A stretch of 64,000 nucleotides of DNA from an uncultured candidate division Zixibacteria bacterium (GCA_963668625.2 CAXXKA010000006.1:480001-544000), one strand, 5' to 3'; counted from the stretch's first letter, positions 1-10,635 are shown. Numbers and translations: made by a program. The notes: generated by a model from the sequence alone, not told the origin.

Positions 1-1437
1 TGCGTCATGATATCCATCCTGTCGAACACCATACCAGTTTGGACTGCCATGACAATTGCTGTAAAAGATTACATAACTGGGATCACTTAATTCATCAATA
101 ACATCTTCTCCTGTTGGGCCGGTAGGAAAGGGATCATTTCCGGAAGGCTGCTCCGTAAGAGTTTCAATATCGACATTAAACCAGTATGGAATTCTTGATG
201 CTATTCGCTCATGGGAGCCATATTCGACCATTTGGTCGGCAGTTGCCATGATGACATCATTTGTATATCCACTGTTACCATTCCCTGGCGCTTCAATATA
301 GTTGATTAATTTTTCAGTCCAAACCGTGGCTTGTCCGGTATCGCTTATTGCAACTCGTCCAACCCATATATCTCCTACAAGGTCACAATTATAAGGTTCA
401 GTCCAATTATCCAATGCAGCGTAATACAGATCAGTAGGGATATCGCTTCGAGCGGGGTTTAAATCATTTCCATAATATCTTATCGGAACAACATCCATAT
501 TGCCCATTAGGAGTACAAACTCTGCGCCATGTTGGTACTTTTCTTTAATGTAATTCCTAATTTTTTCAGGATTATCACTCCCTGTGTATTCAGTGTAGAT
601 ATCCTCAACTGTTTTGACCTCAACTGAGAAACCTGATAAATTCTTATAGTACTCTATAGTATTCATTTCAGCTTCAAATTCATTAGATGTAATAATTAAG
701 TAATTTGGTTCAATATCAACAGGATCTGTAGGGTAATTATAGGAGTATGTTGTTATTGACGGCATATTACTTTCGACGGAACCAGGATTTTCGACCATTA
801 TTTTTAAGTGATCAATTATTCTTGCTTGAGTATACGTACTGCGGCTGATCACAGATAAAGCAGAAGCTCCTGATGAACTGGTGTGAATCGTGAGACTCAA
901 ACTTGAAACCACCCAGATTTTGTCATTGCTAAGATTATAGTAAATTGGCCTTACCTTTATACTTCCGATTGTCATTCCCGAAGCAAAACCATATTGTGCT
1001 TCGGCCAATGCAATTTGATCTTCTGGGGGGTAAATGGTTGAATCATACCATGAACTAGGCGTATCAAATACTGGGGCGGTGCAATCATAACATAGAGCAT
1101 GTGGTGATTGTCGGGGGTATACTTGATCACTTAAATTTGCGAGTAATAAGGTATCCATACTGGTAATAGTCACCGAATCAATCATCTCGCCGCTTGGAAG
1201 GCTATATGTATAAATAAACATCGGTAGTTCAGGACACCCTGCTGAATCCGGATATGCTTGTTTGGGTAAATCACTTGAAATTCTCACATAGTAATTAGAA
1301 TCAGGCGCTAAAACTGTAGCGGTATCAAAATCGCTAAAAGAAAACGATAATTGGTCAGTAATGTCAGCGTGTGTTATTGGTGAAAAAAATACCATTAGAC
1401 ACAGAGACAATAAAATAATAATAGAGATTTTAGACAC
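1..1437 (-). CDS. Secreted C25 (gingipain-like) cysteine peptidase with propeptide; partial, runs off the window edge
   Basis: Not in the ORF track. Hand translation from GTG at 1437 (RBS AAGGAGG) is open to position 1: signal peptide VSKISIIILLSLCLMVFFSPITHA, then GCPELP, YLIITSNEF, VKTVEDIY, EKIRNYIK, FVLLMG, TDLYYA, DIWVGRV and CHGS (candidate catalytic His). Confidence 0.8.
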   Translation of the reverse strand, partial: MSKISIIILLSLCLMVFFSPITHADITDQLSFSFSDFDTATVLAPDSNYYVRISSDLPKQAYPDSAGCPELPMFIYTYSLPSGEMIDSVTITSMDTLLLANLSDQVYPRQSPHALCYDCTAPVFDTPSSWYDSTIYPPEDQIALAEAQYGFASGMTIGSIKVRPIYYNLSNDKIWVVSSLSLTIHTSSSGASALSVISRSTYTQARIIDHLKIMVENPGSVESNMPSITTYSYNYPTDPVDIEPNYLIITSNEFEAEMNTIEYYKNLSGFSVEVKTVEDIYTEYTGSDNPEKIRNYIKEKYQHGAEFVLLMGNMDVVPIRYYGNDLNPARSDIPTDLYYAALDNWTEPYNCDLVGDIWVGRVAISDTGQATVWTEKLINYIEAPGNGNSGYTNDVIMATADQMVEYGSHERIASRIPYWFNVDIETLTEQPSGNDPFPTGPTGEDVIDELSDPSYVIFYSNCHGSPNWYGVRQDGYHDA

Positions 1438-1703
1438 TATTCCTCCTTAAAGTATCACTAAGTTGTTTGAATTAAACGAGTTAATGAATTTCCCTGATTT
1501 CCAGTTAAAGATTTTTACCAAAACTAACTTAACCATTTTGTACATAACATTTATGTTAATGTCAAGTTTTAATTGTCATAAAATAAAATAAATGTTATTT
1601 ATTATTGTATCAAATGGATCTGGCCTGCAGAATGCGAATGAAACTATGTTTATTTGATGTTTTTTACATCGTTTTAGTTGTCATTATATACAACACCACT
1701 TCC

Positions 1704-1735
1704 CCCTTGCATTTTAACCCGATTTTCCCTATATA
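1704..1735 (+). promoter_or_regulatory. Putative dnaK promoter CCCTTGCA-N16-CCTATATA
   Basis: Read directly, 59 nt upstream of the dnaK ATG; a near-identical motif lies upstream of xerC-hslVU. Confidence 0.55.
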
Positions 1736-1794
1736 TAGCCCTGTTTTTACGGATATTTGTTTAATTTGTAATAGATTGAAGGAGTTTAGATAAA

Positions 1795-3762
1795 ATGGCT
1801 AAAGTGATAGGAATTGATCTGGGCACCACCAACTCGTGCGTGGCTGTAATGGAGGCCGGTGAGCCTACCGTTATCACCAACTCGGATGGCTCCCGGACAA
1901 CGCCCTCGGTGGTGGCATTCACCAAAACCGGCGAGCGGCTGGTCGGGCAAACCGCCAAACGCCAGGCGATTACCAACCCCGAAAATACGATATTCTCGAT
2001 TAAACGTTTCATGGGCAGACGGTACAAAGAGGTCGGCTCAGAGGAGAAGATCGTGCCGTATAAAGTCAAGGCCGCCCCCAATGATGATGTCAGGGTAGAG
2101 GCGCAGGGCAAGGATTACGCCCCGCCGGAGATATCGGCCATGACCCTGCAATATCTCAAGAAAGCTGCCGAGGATTACCTGGGCGAGAAAATCACCCAGG
2201 CCGTGATTACGGTGCCTGCCTATTTCAACGACTCACAACGCCAGGCTACAAAGGATGCCGGAGAGATCGCCGGGCTCGAGGTGCTGCGTATTATCAACGA
2301 GCCGACTGCGGCCTCTTTAGCCTATGGACTCGATAAAAAGAAAGATCAGAAAATAGTAGTCTACGATTTAGGCGGCGGTACTTTCGATGTCTCCATACTG
2401 GAGCTGGGCGAGGGTGTGTTCGAGGTGCGCTCGACCAACGGTGATACGCATCTGGGCGGCGATGATTTCGATCAGCGTATCATGGATTACCTCGCGGATG
2501 AGTTCAAGAAAGAGCAGGGGATTGACCTTCGCCAGGATAGAATGGCCCTTCAGAGACTGAAAGAAGCGGCCGAGAAAGCCAAGTGCGAGCTTTCCTCCAC
2601 CATGCAGACCAATATCAACCTGCCGTTTATCACAGCCGATCAATCCGGCCCCAAGCATCTGGATATTACCCTGTCGCGCGCCAAGCTCGAACAGCTTTGC
2701 GATGACCTGATCCAGCGTACCCTGGAACCATGCCGTCAAGCGCTACGTGACGCCAAGCTGACCGCCGGCGATATACAGGAGATCGTGCTGGTCGGTGGTA
2801 TGACTCGTATGCCGAAAGTGCAGGAGGTCGTAAAAGAGGTATTCGGTCGCGAACCGCATCGCGGTGTCAATCCCGATGAGGTCGTGGCTATCGGCGCGGC
2901 TATCCAGGCGGGCGTACTGGCCGGGGATGTCAAAGACGTGCTTCTTCTGGATGTCACCCCGCTGTCGCTGGGAATCGAGACACTGGGCGGCGTGGCAACC
3001 AAGCTGATAGATCGTAATACCACCATCCCGACCAAGAAGACGCAGATATTTTCGACTGCAGCGGATAATCAACCGGCGGTGTCTATCAACGTGCTGCAGG
3101 GCGAGCGCGAGATGGCTATCGATAACCGTACGCTGGGTCGGTTCGACCTGGTTGGTCTTCCACCGGCGCCGCGCGGTATCCCGCAAATCGAGGTTACATT
3201 CGATATCGATGCCAATGGTATATTGCATGTCTCGGCCAAGGATTTAGGCACCGGCAAGGAGCAGTCGATCCGTATCGAGTCGTCCTCCGGTTTGTCCGAT
3301 GATGAGGTCGAGAAGATGAAGAAGGACGCCGAGGTTCACGCCGATGAGGATAAAAAGCGCAAGGAGCTGATCGAGGCCAAGAACAAGGCAGACAGCACTC
3401 TTTACGCTACCGAGAAATCCTTAAAAGATCATGGCGATAAAATCTCCGATGACGAAAAAGCCAAGGTCGAAAAGGCGATCGAGAATCTCAAAGAGGCGAT
3501 GAAGACCGAAGATGTCGAGCGTATCAACAAGGCCTCCGAGGAGGTGCTGACAGCCTCGCACAAGCTGGCCGAGGAGATATACAAGCAGGCGCAACAACAA
3601 CAGCAGGGTGAAGGCGGCGAGCAAGCCGGACCGCAACCGGGAGCCGAGCAAGCTTCCGGGGCCGATCAGTCACAACAGCAAGCGGGTTCATCCGAGGAGA
3701 AGAAGGATGACGGCGCGGTTGATGCCGACTACGAGGTTGTTGACGAGGATGATAAGAAATAA
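1795..3762 (+). CDS. dnaK: Chaperone DnaK (Hsp70)
   Basis: [25 protein letters not shown] and GVNPDEVVA motifs; RBS AAGGAG. Confidence 0.99.
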   Translation: MAKVIGIDLGTTNSCVAVMEAGEPTVITNSDGSRTTPSVVAFTKTGERLVGQTAKRQAITNPENTIFSIKRFMGRRYKEVGSEEKIVPYKVKAAPNDDVRVEAQGKDYAPPEISAMTLQYLKKAAEDYLGEKITQAVITVPAYFNDSQRQATKDAGEIAGLEVLRIINEPTAASLAYGLDKKKDQKIVVYDLGGGTFDVSILELGEGVFEVRSTNGDTHLGGDDFDQRIMDYLADEFKKEQGIDLRQDRMALQRLKEAAEKAKCELSSTMQTNINLPFITADQSGPKHLDITLSRAKLEQLCDDLIQRTLEPCRQALRDAKLTAGDIQEIVLVGGMTRMPKVQEVVKEVFGREPHRGVNPDEVVAIGAAIQAGVLAGDVKDVLLLDVTPLSLGIETLGGVATKLIDRNTTIPTKKTQIFSTAADNQPAVSINVLQGEREMAIDNRTLGRFDLVGLPPAPRGIPQIEVTFDIDANGILHVSAKDLGTGKEQSIRIESSSGLSDDEVEKMKKDAEVHADEDKKRKELIEAKNKADSTLYATEKSLKDHGDKISDDEKAKVEKAIENLKEAMKTEDVERINKASEEVLTASHKLAEEIYKQAQQQQQGEGGEQAGPQPGAEQASGADQSQQQAGSSEEKKDDGAVDADYEVVDEDDKK

Positions 3763-3789
3763 ACTATTTTAGATAGATATGAGAGATTG

Positions 3790-3817
3790 AAAGGGTGTCC
3801 GGTTGGATGCCCTTTTT
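3790..3817 (+). terminator. Intrinsic terminator of dnaK
   Basis: AAAGGGTGTCC-GGTT-GGATGCCC followed by TTTTT. Confidence 0.85.
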
Positions 3818-3842
3818 AAATATGGTTGATTTTTCAAGCGGC

Positions 3843-3897
3843 GATACGAAGCGCTGTTTCGTATCAAGGTTTTGGCTACTGTGCAAATAGTAAAGGG
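3843..3897. repeat. Degenerate AAGCGCTG-type REP hairpin; left copy of a direct repeat flanking the lipoprotein gene
   Basis: Hairpin GATACGAA-GCGCTGT-TTCGTATC; TTCGTATCAAGGT..TGGC..GC..AAAGGG recurs with identical spacing at 4694-4733. Confidence 0.55.
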
Positions 3898-3956
3898 AGT
3901 ATGCGATATATTCATATGCTCGTTTTTGTGCTAATTAATAATCGCAAATCAAATTA

Positions 3957-4568
3957 TTAAAACATATCTCCGGTCTGTTTCCCTGGGATTTGACTTTCCT
4001 TCTCGAATGCTTGTATCTCGTTGAAACATTGATTGGTGCAATCTTTCAAAACTTTCTGATATAACTGTTCGATATAATCTTTCGAGGCGTGCCATGAGGT
4101 TACCTCATACCAGGCCTCGCCCTTGTAGGAATACATGCATGGCTCATGTACTCCATCGTAGAAATTAAACCTCATCGCTACTTTCACGTATTCCGACTCT
4201 CCCCAGAATTTACAGTCGTACTTCATCTTGCCCTCGAGCAGCGTAACCACGATATCAACCTCGGTGCCCGTTCTTGTCGCCAGCTTATAAATCTCACCTC
4301 TAATCGTGTTTTTGTCATACTCGGTGAACTCGGGATATACTTGATCATCATGCCAGGGAAACGCCAATGATGGAATCTTGATCTCCCTATAAGTGATCTC
4401 CGGCCTCTTATCAACAAACGAGATGCTATTAACGATCAGATTCGCGGGTGTTCCCCTGACAGCGTATTCCTTCTCAAGATAGGCCAGTTTTGATGATGAT
4501 CCGCAGCTTACTAAAAGCACCAATAATGATAGCATAGTGATTGTTTTTTTCATCTGTTTGCCCTTCAT
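3957..4568 (-). CDS. Hypothetical lipoprotein
   Basis: 203-aa ORF; MKKTITMLSLLVLLVSC lipobox-type signal; no family recognised. Confidence 0.7.
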   Translation of the reverse strand: MKGKQMKKTITMLSLLVLLVSCGSSSKLAYLEKEYAVRGTPANLIVNSISFVDKRPEITYREIKIPSLAFPWHDDQVYPEFTEYDKNTIRGEIYKLATRTGTEVDIVVTLLEGKMKYDCKFWGESEYVKVAMRFNFYDGVHEPCMYSYKGEAWYEVTSWHASKDYIEQLYQKVLKDCTNQCFNEIQAFEKESQIPGKQTGDMF

Positions 4569-4725
4569 TTTATTGAGATATTGACCATAACATTATTCCC
4601 CGAGTAGCTTAATCTTGGAACAATATATTGATCTTGTTCTGAAAAAGCTATATTAAATTCGTTTGTAAAATATTTCATGCAAAGATGCAGCGATTCGTAT
4701 CAAGGTGCTGGCGGTTTAGCGATTT

Positions 4726-4754
4726 AAAAAGGGCGTCCAATCGAACGCCCCTAC
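4726..4754 (-). terminator. hslU terminator formed by a GTAG-type REP-like hairpin
   Basis: Minus strand reads GTAGGGGCGTTC-GATTG-GACGCCC-TTTTT. Confidence 0.7.
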
Positions 4755-4778
4755 ATGAGAAATCTATTTCAATGCAAA

Positions 4779-6131
4779 CTACAGGATATACCTGCTCAAA
4801 TCTTCATCCTCGATAATCGCTTTGAGTGTTTGCTCTACCATCTTTTTAGTGATACGCACCTTTTTCGATTTTACTTTCGGCGCCTCATACATCAGGTCTT
4901 CCAGCAGGGTAGTCATCACCGTATGTAACCTTCTCGCGCCGATATTTTCGGTGCTATTGTTTACCTCGGCGGCCACCCTGGCTATCTCCTGAATGGCGGC
5001 TTTGTCGAACTTGATATCGACACCCTCGGTCGCCAACATCTCGATATATTGCTTTATCAAAGCGTTTTCGGGCTCGGTAAGTATGCGCACGAAATCATTC
5101 TCGGTCAGCGTATCGAGTTCGACCCGAATGGGGAACCGTCCCTGCAACTCCGGGATTAGATCGGAGGGTTTGGACATATGGAAAGCCCCGGCGGCAATGA
5201 AAAGCACATGATCGGTTCTGACCATGCCGTACTTGGTCATGATATTCGATCCCTCGACTATCGGCAGTATATCGCGCTGCACGCCTTCGCGAGAGACATC
5301 GGGGCCGGACTTGGCATCCTTGCCGGCGATCTTGTCTATCTCATCGATGAAAATCAATCCCGAATTCTCGACTCGCTCCAAAGCGATATTTATTACCTCA
5401 TCGAAATCGATCAGTTTTTGCGATTCGTCCTGGGTGAGGATTTTGTAAGCCTCGAGTACGGTTACTTTGCGTTTCTTGGTCTTCTGAGGCATCATACCGG
5501 AGAACATCTCCTGTATGTTCATGCCTATCTCCTCGATACCCATAGGGGAGAAGACCTCCACGACCGGGAAACGATCACTGGGAACATCCAGTTCTATGAA
5601 ACGTTTATCGAGCTTGCCCTGCCGGAGTTGTTTGCGCATTTTTTCGCGAGTGGCCAGGGCTTTCTTGGCATGTTCCTCATCCTCTTTAGCGCTCTTCTTG
5701 TTCTTGCCGGCGCTCGAGGGCAAGAGTAAATCCAGGAGTTTTTCCTCGGCCAGCATCTCGGCCTTGGCCTCAACCTCTACCTGTTTTTCTTTTTTTACCA
5801 TGTTCACAGCCAGGTCGCACAGATCGCGCACCATCGACTCGACATCCCGGCCGACATAGCCGACCTCGGTATATTTCGAGGCCTCGACCTTCACGAACGG
5901 GGCGTTGGAAAGATTTGCCAGGCGGCGGGAAATCTCGGTTTTACCGACACCGGTAGGGCCGATCATGATAATGTTGTTCGGCATTATCTCATCTTTTAAC
6001 GGCCCGGTTACCTGCTGACGGCGCCAGCGGTTGCGCATGGCAATCGCCACCATTTTCTTGGCTTTATCCTGACCGATTATATATTTGTCCAGTTCGTTTA
6101 CTATTTCCTGAGGTGTTAATTCGTCTAACAT
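4779..6131 (-). CDS. hslU: ATP-dependent protease ATPase subunit HslU
   Basis: [46 protein letters not shown]; start placed at the ATG of MLDELTP. Confidence 0.98.
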   Translation of the reverse strand: MLDELTPQEIVNELDKYIIGQDKAKKMVAIAMRNRWRRQQVTGPLKDEIMPNNIIMIGPTGVGKTEISRRLANLSNAPFVKVEASKYTEVGYVGRDVESMVRDLCDLAVNMVKKEKQVEVEAKAEMLAEEKLLDLLLPSSAGKNKKSAKEDEEHAKKALATREKMRKQLRQGKLDKRFIELDVPSDRFPVVEVFSPMGIEEIGMNIQEMFSGMMPQKTKKRKVTVLEAYKILTQDESQKLIDFDEVINIALERVENSGLIFIDEIDKIAGKDAKSGPDVSREGVQRDILPIVEGSNIMTKYGMVRTDHVLFIAAGAFHMSKPSDLIPELQGRFPIRVELDTLTENDFVRILTEPENALIKQYIEMLATEGVDIKFDKAAIQEIARVAAEVNNSTENIGARRLHTVMTTLLEDLMYEAPKVKSKKVRITKKMVEQTLKAIIEDEDLSRYIL

Positions 6132-6138
6132 ATTTACC

Positions 6139-6666
6139 TTACTTGAGTGTTTCCAATACAATGTTACCGTTGGTATAGATACAAATCTCAGAGGCTATCC
6201 GCAACGACTTTTCGACTATTTTGTCGGGAGTTAGCTTGGTGTTTTGTACCAGCGCCCGGGCCGCCGAAAGGGCGTAAGTCCCGCCCGAACCGATTGCCAG
6301 AATTCCGTCATCCGGTTCTAATACATCACCGTTACCCGTTATCAGGAAACCCTGTGATTTATCCATGATAACAAGTAACGCTTCCAGGCGCCTGAGATAT
6401 TTATCGGTTCGCCATTCTTTGGCCAACTCTACGGCCGCGCGTTGGAGGTTACCTCCGTACTCGTCCAGCCTCGATTCGAATTTCTCGAATAGCGTTAACG
6501 CATCTGCGGTAGCTCCGGCGAAACCTGCCAGTACCGTATCGTTATACATTCTGCGAATTTTTACCGCTGTCGATTTGATCACGGTATCATCCAATGATAC
6601 CTGGCCATCCGCGCCCATTGCCGCGCCATTTTTGGTTATCACGCCTATTACTGTCGTGCCTTTCAT
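6139..6666 (-). CDS. hslV: ATP-dependent protease subunit HslV
   Basis: N-terminal [42 protein letters not shown]. Confidence 0.98.
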   Translation of the reverse strand: MKGTTVIGVITKNGAAMGADGQVSLDDTVIKSTAVKIRRMYNDTVLAGFAGATADALTLFEKFESRLDEYGGNLQRAAVELAKEWRTDKYLRRLEALLVIMDKSQGFLITGNGDVLEPDDGILAIGSGGTYALSAARALVQNTKLTPDKIVEKSLRIASEICIYTNGNIVLETLK

Positions 6667-7577
6667 TCAGCCTCCGCCCGGGGATGTGCTTTCTTGTAAA
6701 CCGAAATTAATCGCCCGGTAGTAATGTGGCTGTATTTCTGTGTGGTTTTCAACGAGGCGTGTCCAAGCATCTGTTGAACCGCCCTGAGATTAGCGCCCGC
6801 TGTCAGTAGATGAGTGGTGAAAGAGTGGCGAAGACTATGAGTTGAAAGACCGGTCTTCTCCGAACATCTCTGGAGATGCGCTTTCACGATTCTAGCGGCG
6901 CTGCGCGGGGTCAGTTGTCCGCCCCGGGTATTCAGAAATACAGCGTTTTGATTTGTTTTATTCTTCTCTATCAGTAAATCTTTTCTGTGTACTAGATATT
7001 TCTCGATCGATTCGATGACCATATCGCCAACCGGCACCAGGCGGTATTTTCCTCCCTTGCCGAATACCTTGATTTCGTTTTTATCGAAAATCAAATCTTC
7101 GAGATCAAGCCCGGTCAATTCCGAAAGTCTCAAACCGCAACCGTAGTAAACCTCGATCATAGCCCGGTCGCGTATGTCTTTGAACGAATCATCCCCCCAG
7201 CCGGTTTCAATAAGAAATTTGGCCTCCTCTTCGGAGATATATTTAGCCCGGTAAGGTTCGACTTTAATCGGCTCTATAAGCCGGGCGGGATTATGGCCGA
7301 CACGTTTGATGCCTGCGAGGAAATCGAAAAGCATTTTCAGCGCCTCCAGTTTGCGGGCGATGGAACTGCTTTTTAAGCCGCTTTTCCTGAGATTTATTAA
7401 ATATCGGCGAATCTCGAATTGGGTTAGATCCGTCTTGCTATCACATTCGTTTTTGATATATTTTATGAAATGTTCGATATCGGCGCCATAGGCTATACCG
7501 GTGTTTTCGGCGTAATTGCCGCTCTTTAAATGCTTTAGAAAGAGGATATAAGATTCATCCCAGAAATTAGTTTCCAT
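6663..7577 (-). CDS. xerC: Tyrosine recombinase XerC
   Basis: GLRLSEL, GKGGK, HSLRHSF and LGHASLKTTQKY catalytic motifs; xerC-hslV-hslU synteny; ATGA overlap with hslV. Confidence 0.88.
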   Translation of the reverse strand: METNFWDESYILFLKHLKSGNYAENTGIAYGADIEHFIKYIKNECDSKTDLTQFEIRRYLINLRKSGLKSSSIARKLEALKMLFDFLAGIKRVGHNPARLIEPIKVEPYRAKYISEEEAKFLIETGWGDDSFKDIRDRAMIEVYYGCGLRLSELTGLDLEDLIFDKNEIKVFGKGGKYRLVPVGDMVIESIEKYLVHRKDLLIEKNKTNQNAVFLNTRGGQLTPRSAARIVKAHLQRCSEKTGLSTHSLRHSFTTHLLTAGANLRAVQQMLGHASLKTTQKYSHITTGRLISVYKKAHPRAEAE

Positions 7578-7585
7578 AGGGGATG

Positions 7586-7617
7586 TATATACGAATTAGC
7601 GGTTTTTTATGCAAGGG
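7586..7617 (-). promoter_or_regulatory. Putative xerC-hslVU promoter CCCTTGCA-N16-CGTATATA
   Basis: Minus-strand match to the dnaK upstream motif, ending 8 nt before the xerC ATG. Confidence 0.55.
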
Positions 7618-7732
7618 ATAAGTTACTTTGATTGTGTTTAGGGTATGTTGACTTATTGCCAGTCGCTTCACTATATCCAATAACCACGAATGGGATATCC
7701 GCCCGCCTTCGGTTGAATATCCATAATAATAG

Positions 7733-7764
7733 AAAAGCGGGGCATGTATTATCATACCCCGCTT
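7733..7764 (-). terminator. Terminator of the S8 peptidase gene
   Basis: AAAAGCGGGGCATG-TATTAT-CATACCCCGCTT hairpin with a U-tract on the minus strand. Confidence 0.7.
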
Positions 7765-7771
7765 CGTATTC

Positions 7772-10030
7772 TTATTCCGGCAAAGGCGGTTTGCTTTCGA
7801 TCATTGATGAATTTAACAGATCTCCGGGAGGCGGTAATGCAGGACAGAAAAGTAATCCCGGTGTCAGGCCGCGGAAATAGTTTACCAGGTAGGTAACATC
7901 CGCGCCGATTAAAGCACAGTCCCCGTTAACATCCCCGGCAACATAAAGCCATCTCGATTCCGCATCCAGATAACAGGAGTCGACAGGCACTAGTCCTCCC
8001 CGGAAATAATTCACCAAGAAAGTGACATCACTGCCGATTACGGCATCATCCCCGTTAACATCACCGGGTTTATATACGCAATCAATCCCGACAAAATCAG
8101 CTATCAATGAATAATTTTGAGGGCCATATGGAATAGCGGTACCGTTAACGCGGATAGTCCACAATCCCTCCTCGGGCAAACTCACTATTACCTGTTCCAT
8201 GTTATTCAGATTGTCGATCCCGGTAGTCGCCGTATTGCCTGGATTGTCGGGGTCGAGAATAAACGGGTAGTAAGTCACGGCCGAGGGGCTAACCAGTTCC
8301 AGATCGATATTATTTACCAGTTTTATACTGGCGCCTGTCGAGGCTTCTTTGTCATCCCAGGCAATCGTAACTTTTATTCTCGGCTCACCGGCGCCAACCT
8401 CCACATAGTATTCATCTAGCGCGGAAGTTGAGATATCATCTTGAACGATTTTCAAACCATACCCGGCGTCGGCGATGATCAAATCGACTGCATCCTGGAC
8501 ATTGATTCTGCCATAGCCGTACAGGTAATCCGGTCCGTAATGACCCAAGTCCTCCGACGTATGATAAAATATCGCGCGAATAGTCGAGGGGAGAGGATCG
8601 GTACCGTTCAAGTTGTTGTACTCCTCGTACATCAAGATAGCGCTGCCCGAGGTGGCGGGGGAGGAGAACGACGTTCCGCAATAATTATCATCATAGCAAT
8701 TATCGGTGTAGGTAGTTTTAACTCCCGCGAAAGACTTGCATCCCGGCGCCGCTATATCCGGCTTAATGCGACCGTCCTGGGTGGGGCCACGGCTCGAGCT
8801 CGACCACCAACCATCGTTATTGGCATGTGTAGCCGAGACCGACAGGGCATTTTTGGAGGTTGCCACCGGGCCCGATACCGTGCCATAGGGATAGTCGGGC
8901 AACTCTCCCGAGCAGGTCGTACATTCGCCGTCATTGCCGGCCGAACCGATCACGGTAATCGGATACGTGTAGTATCCCCTGATAATTATATCGTATAATC
9001 TCGAATAAGTATCGTATTCGCCGAAACCATCGCAATAGCCGGCCTGACAGTTGTTATAACCCCAGGCGTGTTGGGAGACATCCGCGCCATAAGTATTAAT
9101 CGCGCTGTCATGCTCGCCGGTGTGGCTGTTCCAGTTATACGATACCACGTTGACATCGTTAGCGATTCCCCGGTAGTAGCCCTCGATCGTGCCGCATTCA
9201 TTGCCCCGGGAACCATCCCCGGCCATTATGCCGCAAACCAGAGTGGCGTGGTAGTGGGTACTGGAGCCATCCCCCGAGGTCAGTCTGCTGGAGTAGTCGC
9301 CATGAGCGTAAGCTACACCGGCATCCCACATAGCGGCGGTATAGCCAGTACCATGAAGGTTATACGGAGCTGCCTGAACCTCATCGGCGTTAATCTTATA
9401 ACGAACGTAATTGAGATGAGTGGTTTTTTCGCGCTCGGCATTCTCTATCCATTGAACCAAATCCTCATCGACGAAAGCGTCGAAATCAGCTTGATCGATT
9501 ACGATTTCCCAGGTATCGGCCAGAAGCATTTCACCGGCGCCATACTTCGAGAGCAAAGCCTCTACCTGTTCTTTGTTTACGTCCCGATGAAAGACAACGG
9601 TAAAAGCCACCCGTGTATCATCGAGCAGGCTTCTTTCGGCAAAACCATGTTGCTGTATTTGAGGGGTTATTTTAAGGGCGGGTTTGATTTTATCTATATA
9701 ACGAATTCCGTCGGGAAGAAGATTTGGTATGGCATCGAGATAAGCGTACCAGGCATTATGAGGCAGGTAGCTTAAAAGATGAATGCCGTTTGCCGCCAAT
9801 GATTGTTTCTCGGCAGTGGATGGTATATGATCGAACTGTATGAGTACGTGCCGGTTCAGATTTTCGGATAACTTACCGACTATTTCCTGCGATACCTGTA
9901 TCTCAGGGGTAAACTGGCCGGATAACAGTTTAATCTCATTATTGCTATCGTTCGCTTGAATTCCAGCACAGTAAAGCATGAAAATTACTAATACGAAAAA
10001 AGGAAGCTCGATTAATGACTTATTTTTCAT
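7772..10030 (-). CDS. Secreted S8 (subtilisin-like) serine peptidase with C-terminal dockerin-like domain
   Basis: Signal peptide; triad WDAG / HATLVCG / GTSFSSP; SAGNDG; SSRGPT-DGRIKPD; two repeats GDVNGD..IG.DVT.LVNYF. Confidence 0.92.
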   Translation of the reverse strand: MKNKSLIELPFFVLVIFMLYCAGIQANDSNNEIKLLSGQFTPEIQVSQEIVGKLSENLNRHVLIQFDHIPSTAEKQSLAANGIHLLSYLPHNAWYAYLDAIPNLLPDGIRYIDKIKPALKITPQIQQHGFAERSLLDDTRVAFTVVFHRDVNKEQVEALLSKYGAGEMLLADTWEIVIDQADFDAFVDEDLVQWIENAEREKTTHLNYVRYKINADEVQAAPYNLHGTGYTAAMWDAGVAYAHGDYSSRLTSGDGSSTHYHATLVCGIMAGDGSRGNECGTIEGYYRGIANDVNVVSYNWNSHTGEHDSAINTYGADVSQHAWGYNNCQAGYCDGFGEYDTYSRLYDIIIRGYYTYPITVIGSAGNDGECTTCSGELPDYPYGTVSGPVATSKNALSVSATHANNDGWWSSSSRGPTQDGRIKPDIAAPGCKSFAGVKTTYTDNCYDDNYCGTSFSSPATSGSAILMYEEYNNLNGTDPLPSTIRAIFYHTSEDLGHYGPDYLYGYGRINVQDAVDLIIADAGYGLKIVQDDISTSALDEYYVEVGAGEPRIKVTIAWDDKEASTGASIKLVNNIDLELVSPSAVTYYPFILDPDNPGNTATTGIDNLNNMEQVIVSLPEEGLWTIRVNGTAIPYGPQNYSLIADFVGIDCVYKPGDVNGDDAVIGSDVTFLVNYFRGGLVPVDSCYLDAESRWLYVAGDVNGDCALIGADVTYLVNYFRGLTPGLLFCPALPPPGDLLNSSMIESKPPLPE

Positions 10031-10383
10031 GACTCCCGTTCCTTCCGAGTATTACTTCAACTCTATATTGCCAAACTTTTATTTTCTAAACAGCTAAATA
10101 AGTAAACCAAAACCGCGCGTTCTATGTTTGATAAATTACAAAACTATACGATCAAATAAAAATCAAAACTCCCGATCGAGCGGTCAAGTAGTATCAACGT
10201 TAGCTTAAATAAAGTATATAGATATTTTATGTCAAGAAGAATTAATTTTGAGCATGGGTCTATAAGAAACGCTCAGGCCGATTCTTGCTGAATCGAAACA
10301 GAATTATATCGGGTTTTATATGCTCTCTATCGTTCGCTCCGAAATCCTAACCTACAGTGTTTAAAACAGAATGCTGCTAAAAC

Positions 10384-10578
10384 CACTACTGTCCGGACTT
10401 TCCTTCTCGTTGCGAAGCTTGATTGTTTATTTCGCTCCGCCCGTAATGATTGACCTTATACGATTTTTCAACAATCCCCGCGCTTGGAAACCAGGGGGAC
10501 TAAGCCTTTCATCACCAGGATGTGCCCGGATGAAAGCGAAGCGACATCCTGATACGCTGAAAACACCGGGCAATAGTG
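10384..10578. mobile_element. Degenerate second copy of the CACTAGTGTCCGG-ended MITE
   Basis: CACTACTGTCCGGACTTTCCTTCTCGTTGCGAAGC matches the reverse complement of the 16838-17092 element at 31/35 by hand; shared internal GCGCTTGGAAACCAG, GGATGAA and TGATACGCTGAA; right end AAAACACCGGGCAATAGTG; no clear TSD. Confidence 0.75.
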
Positions 10579-10603
10579 ATAAAATGTCATTAAACATATG
10601 AAT

Positions 10604-10635
10604 AAAAAAACCGGCGAATGAATCATCCACCGGCT
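10604..10635 (-). terminator. Terminator downstream of topA
   Basis: AAAAAAACCGGCGAATG-AAT-CATCCACCGG hairpin; U-tract on the minus strand. Confidence 0.7.

Noticed and set aside
1536-1562. dif-like sequence TACATAA-CAT-TTATGTTAAT, with xerC in the window
   Set aside because: The central spacer is 3 nt rather than 6, and it overlaps the likely TTGACA-N17 promoter of the C25 gene
1440-1794. CIRCE operator and the 62-aa ORF upstream of dnaK
   Set aside because: No TTAGCACTC-N9-GAGTGCTAA found; the ORF spans AT-rich promoter DNA and lacks an RBS
1761-3651. Antisense and alternate-frame ORFs over dnaK (likewise over hslU, ftsK, bamD-nadD, polA, murA and others)
   Set aside because: Shadow ORFs of conserved genes with no recognisable motifs
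6663-7577. Prophage or island integrase
   Set aside because: xerC-hslV-hslU synteny and core-gene context indicate housekeeping XerC
10371-10630. Small ORFs 10371-10601 and 10427-10630
   Set aside because: They overlap the degenerate MITE and the topA terminator
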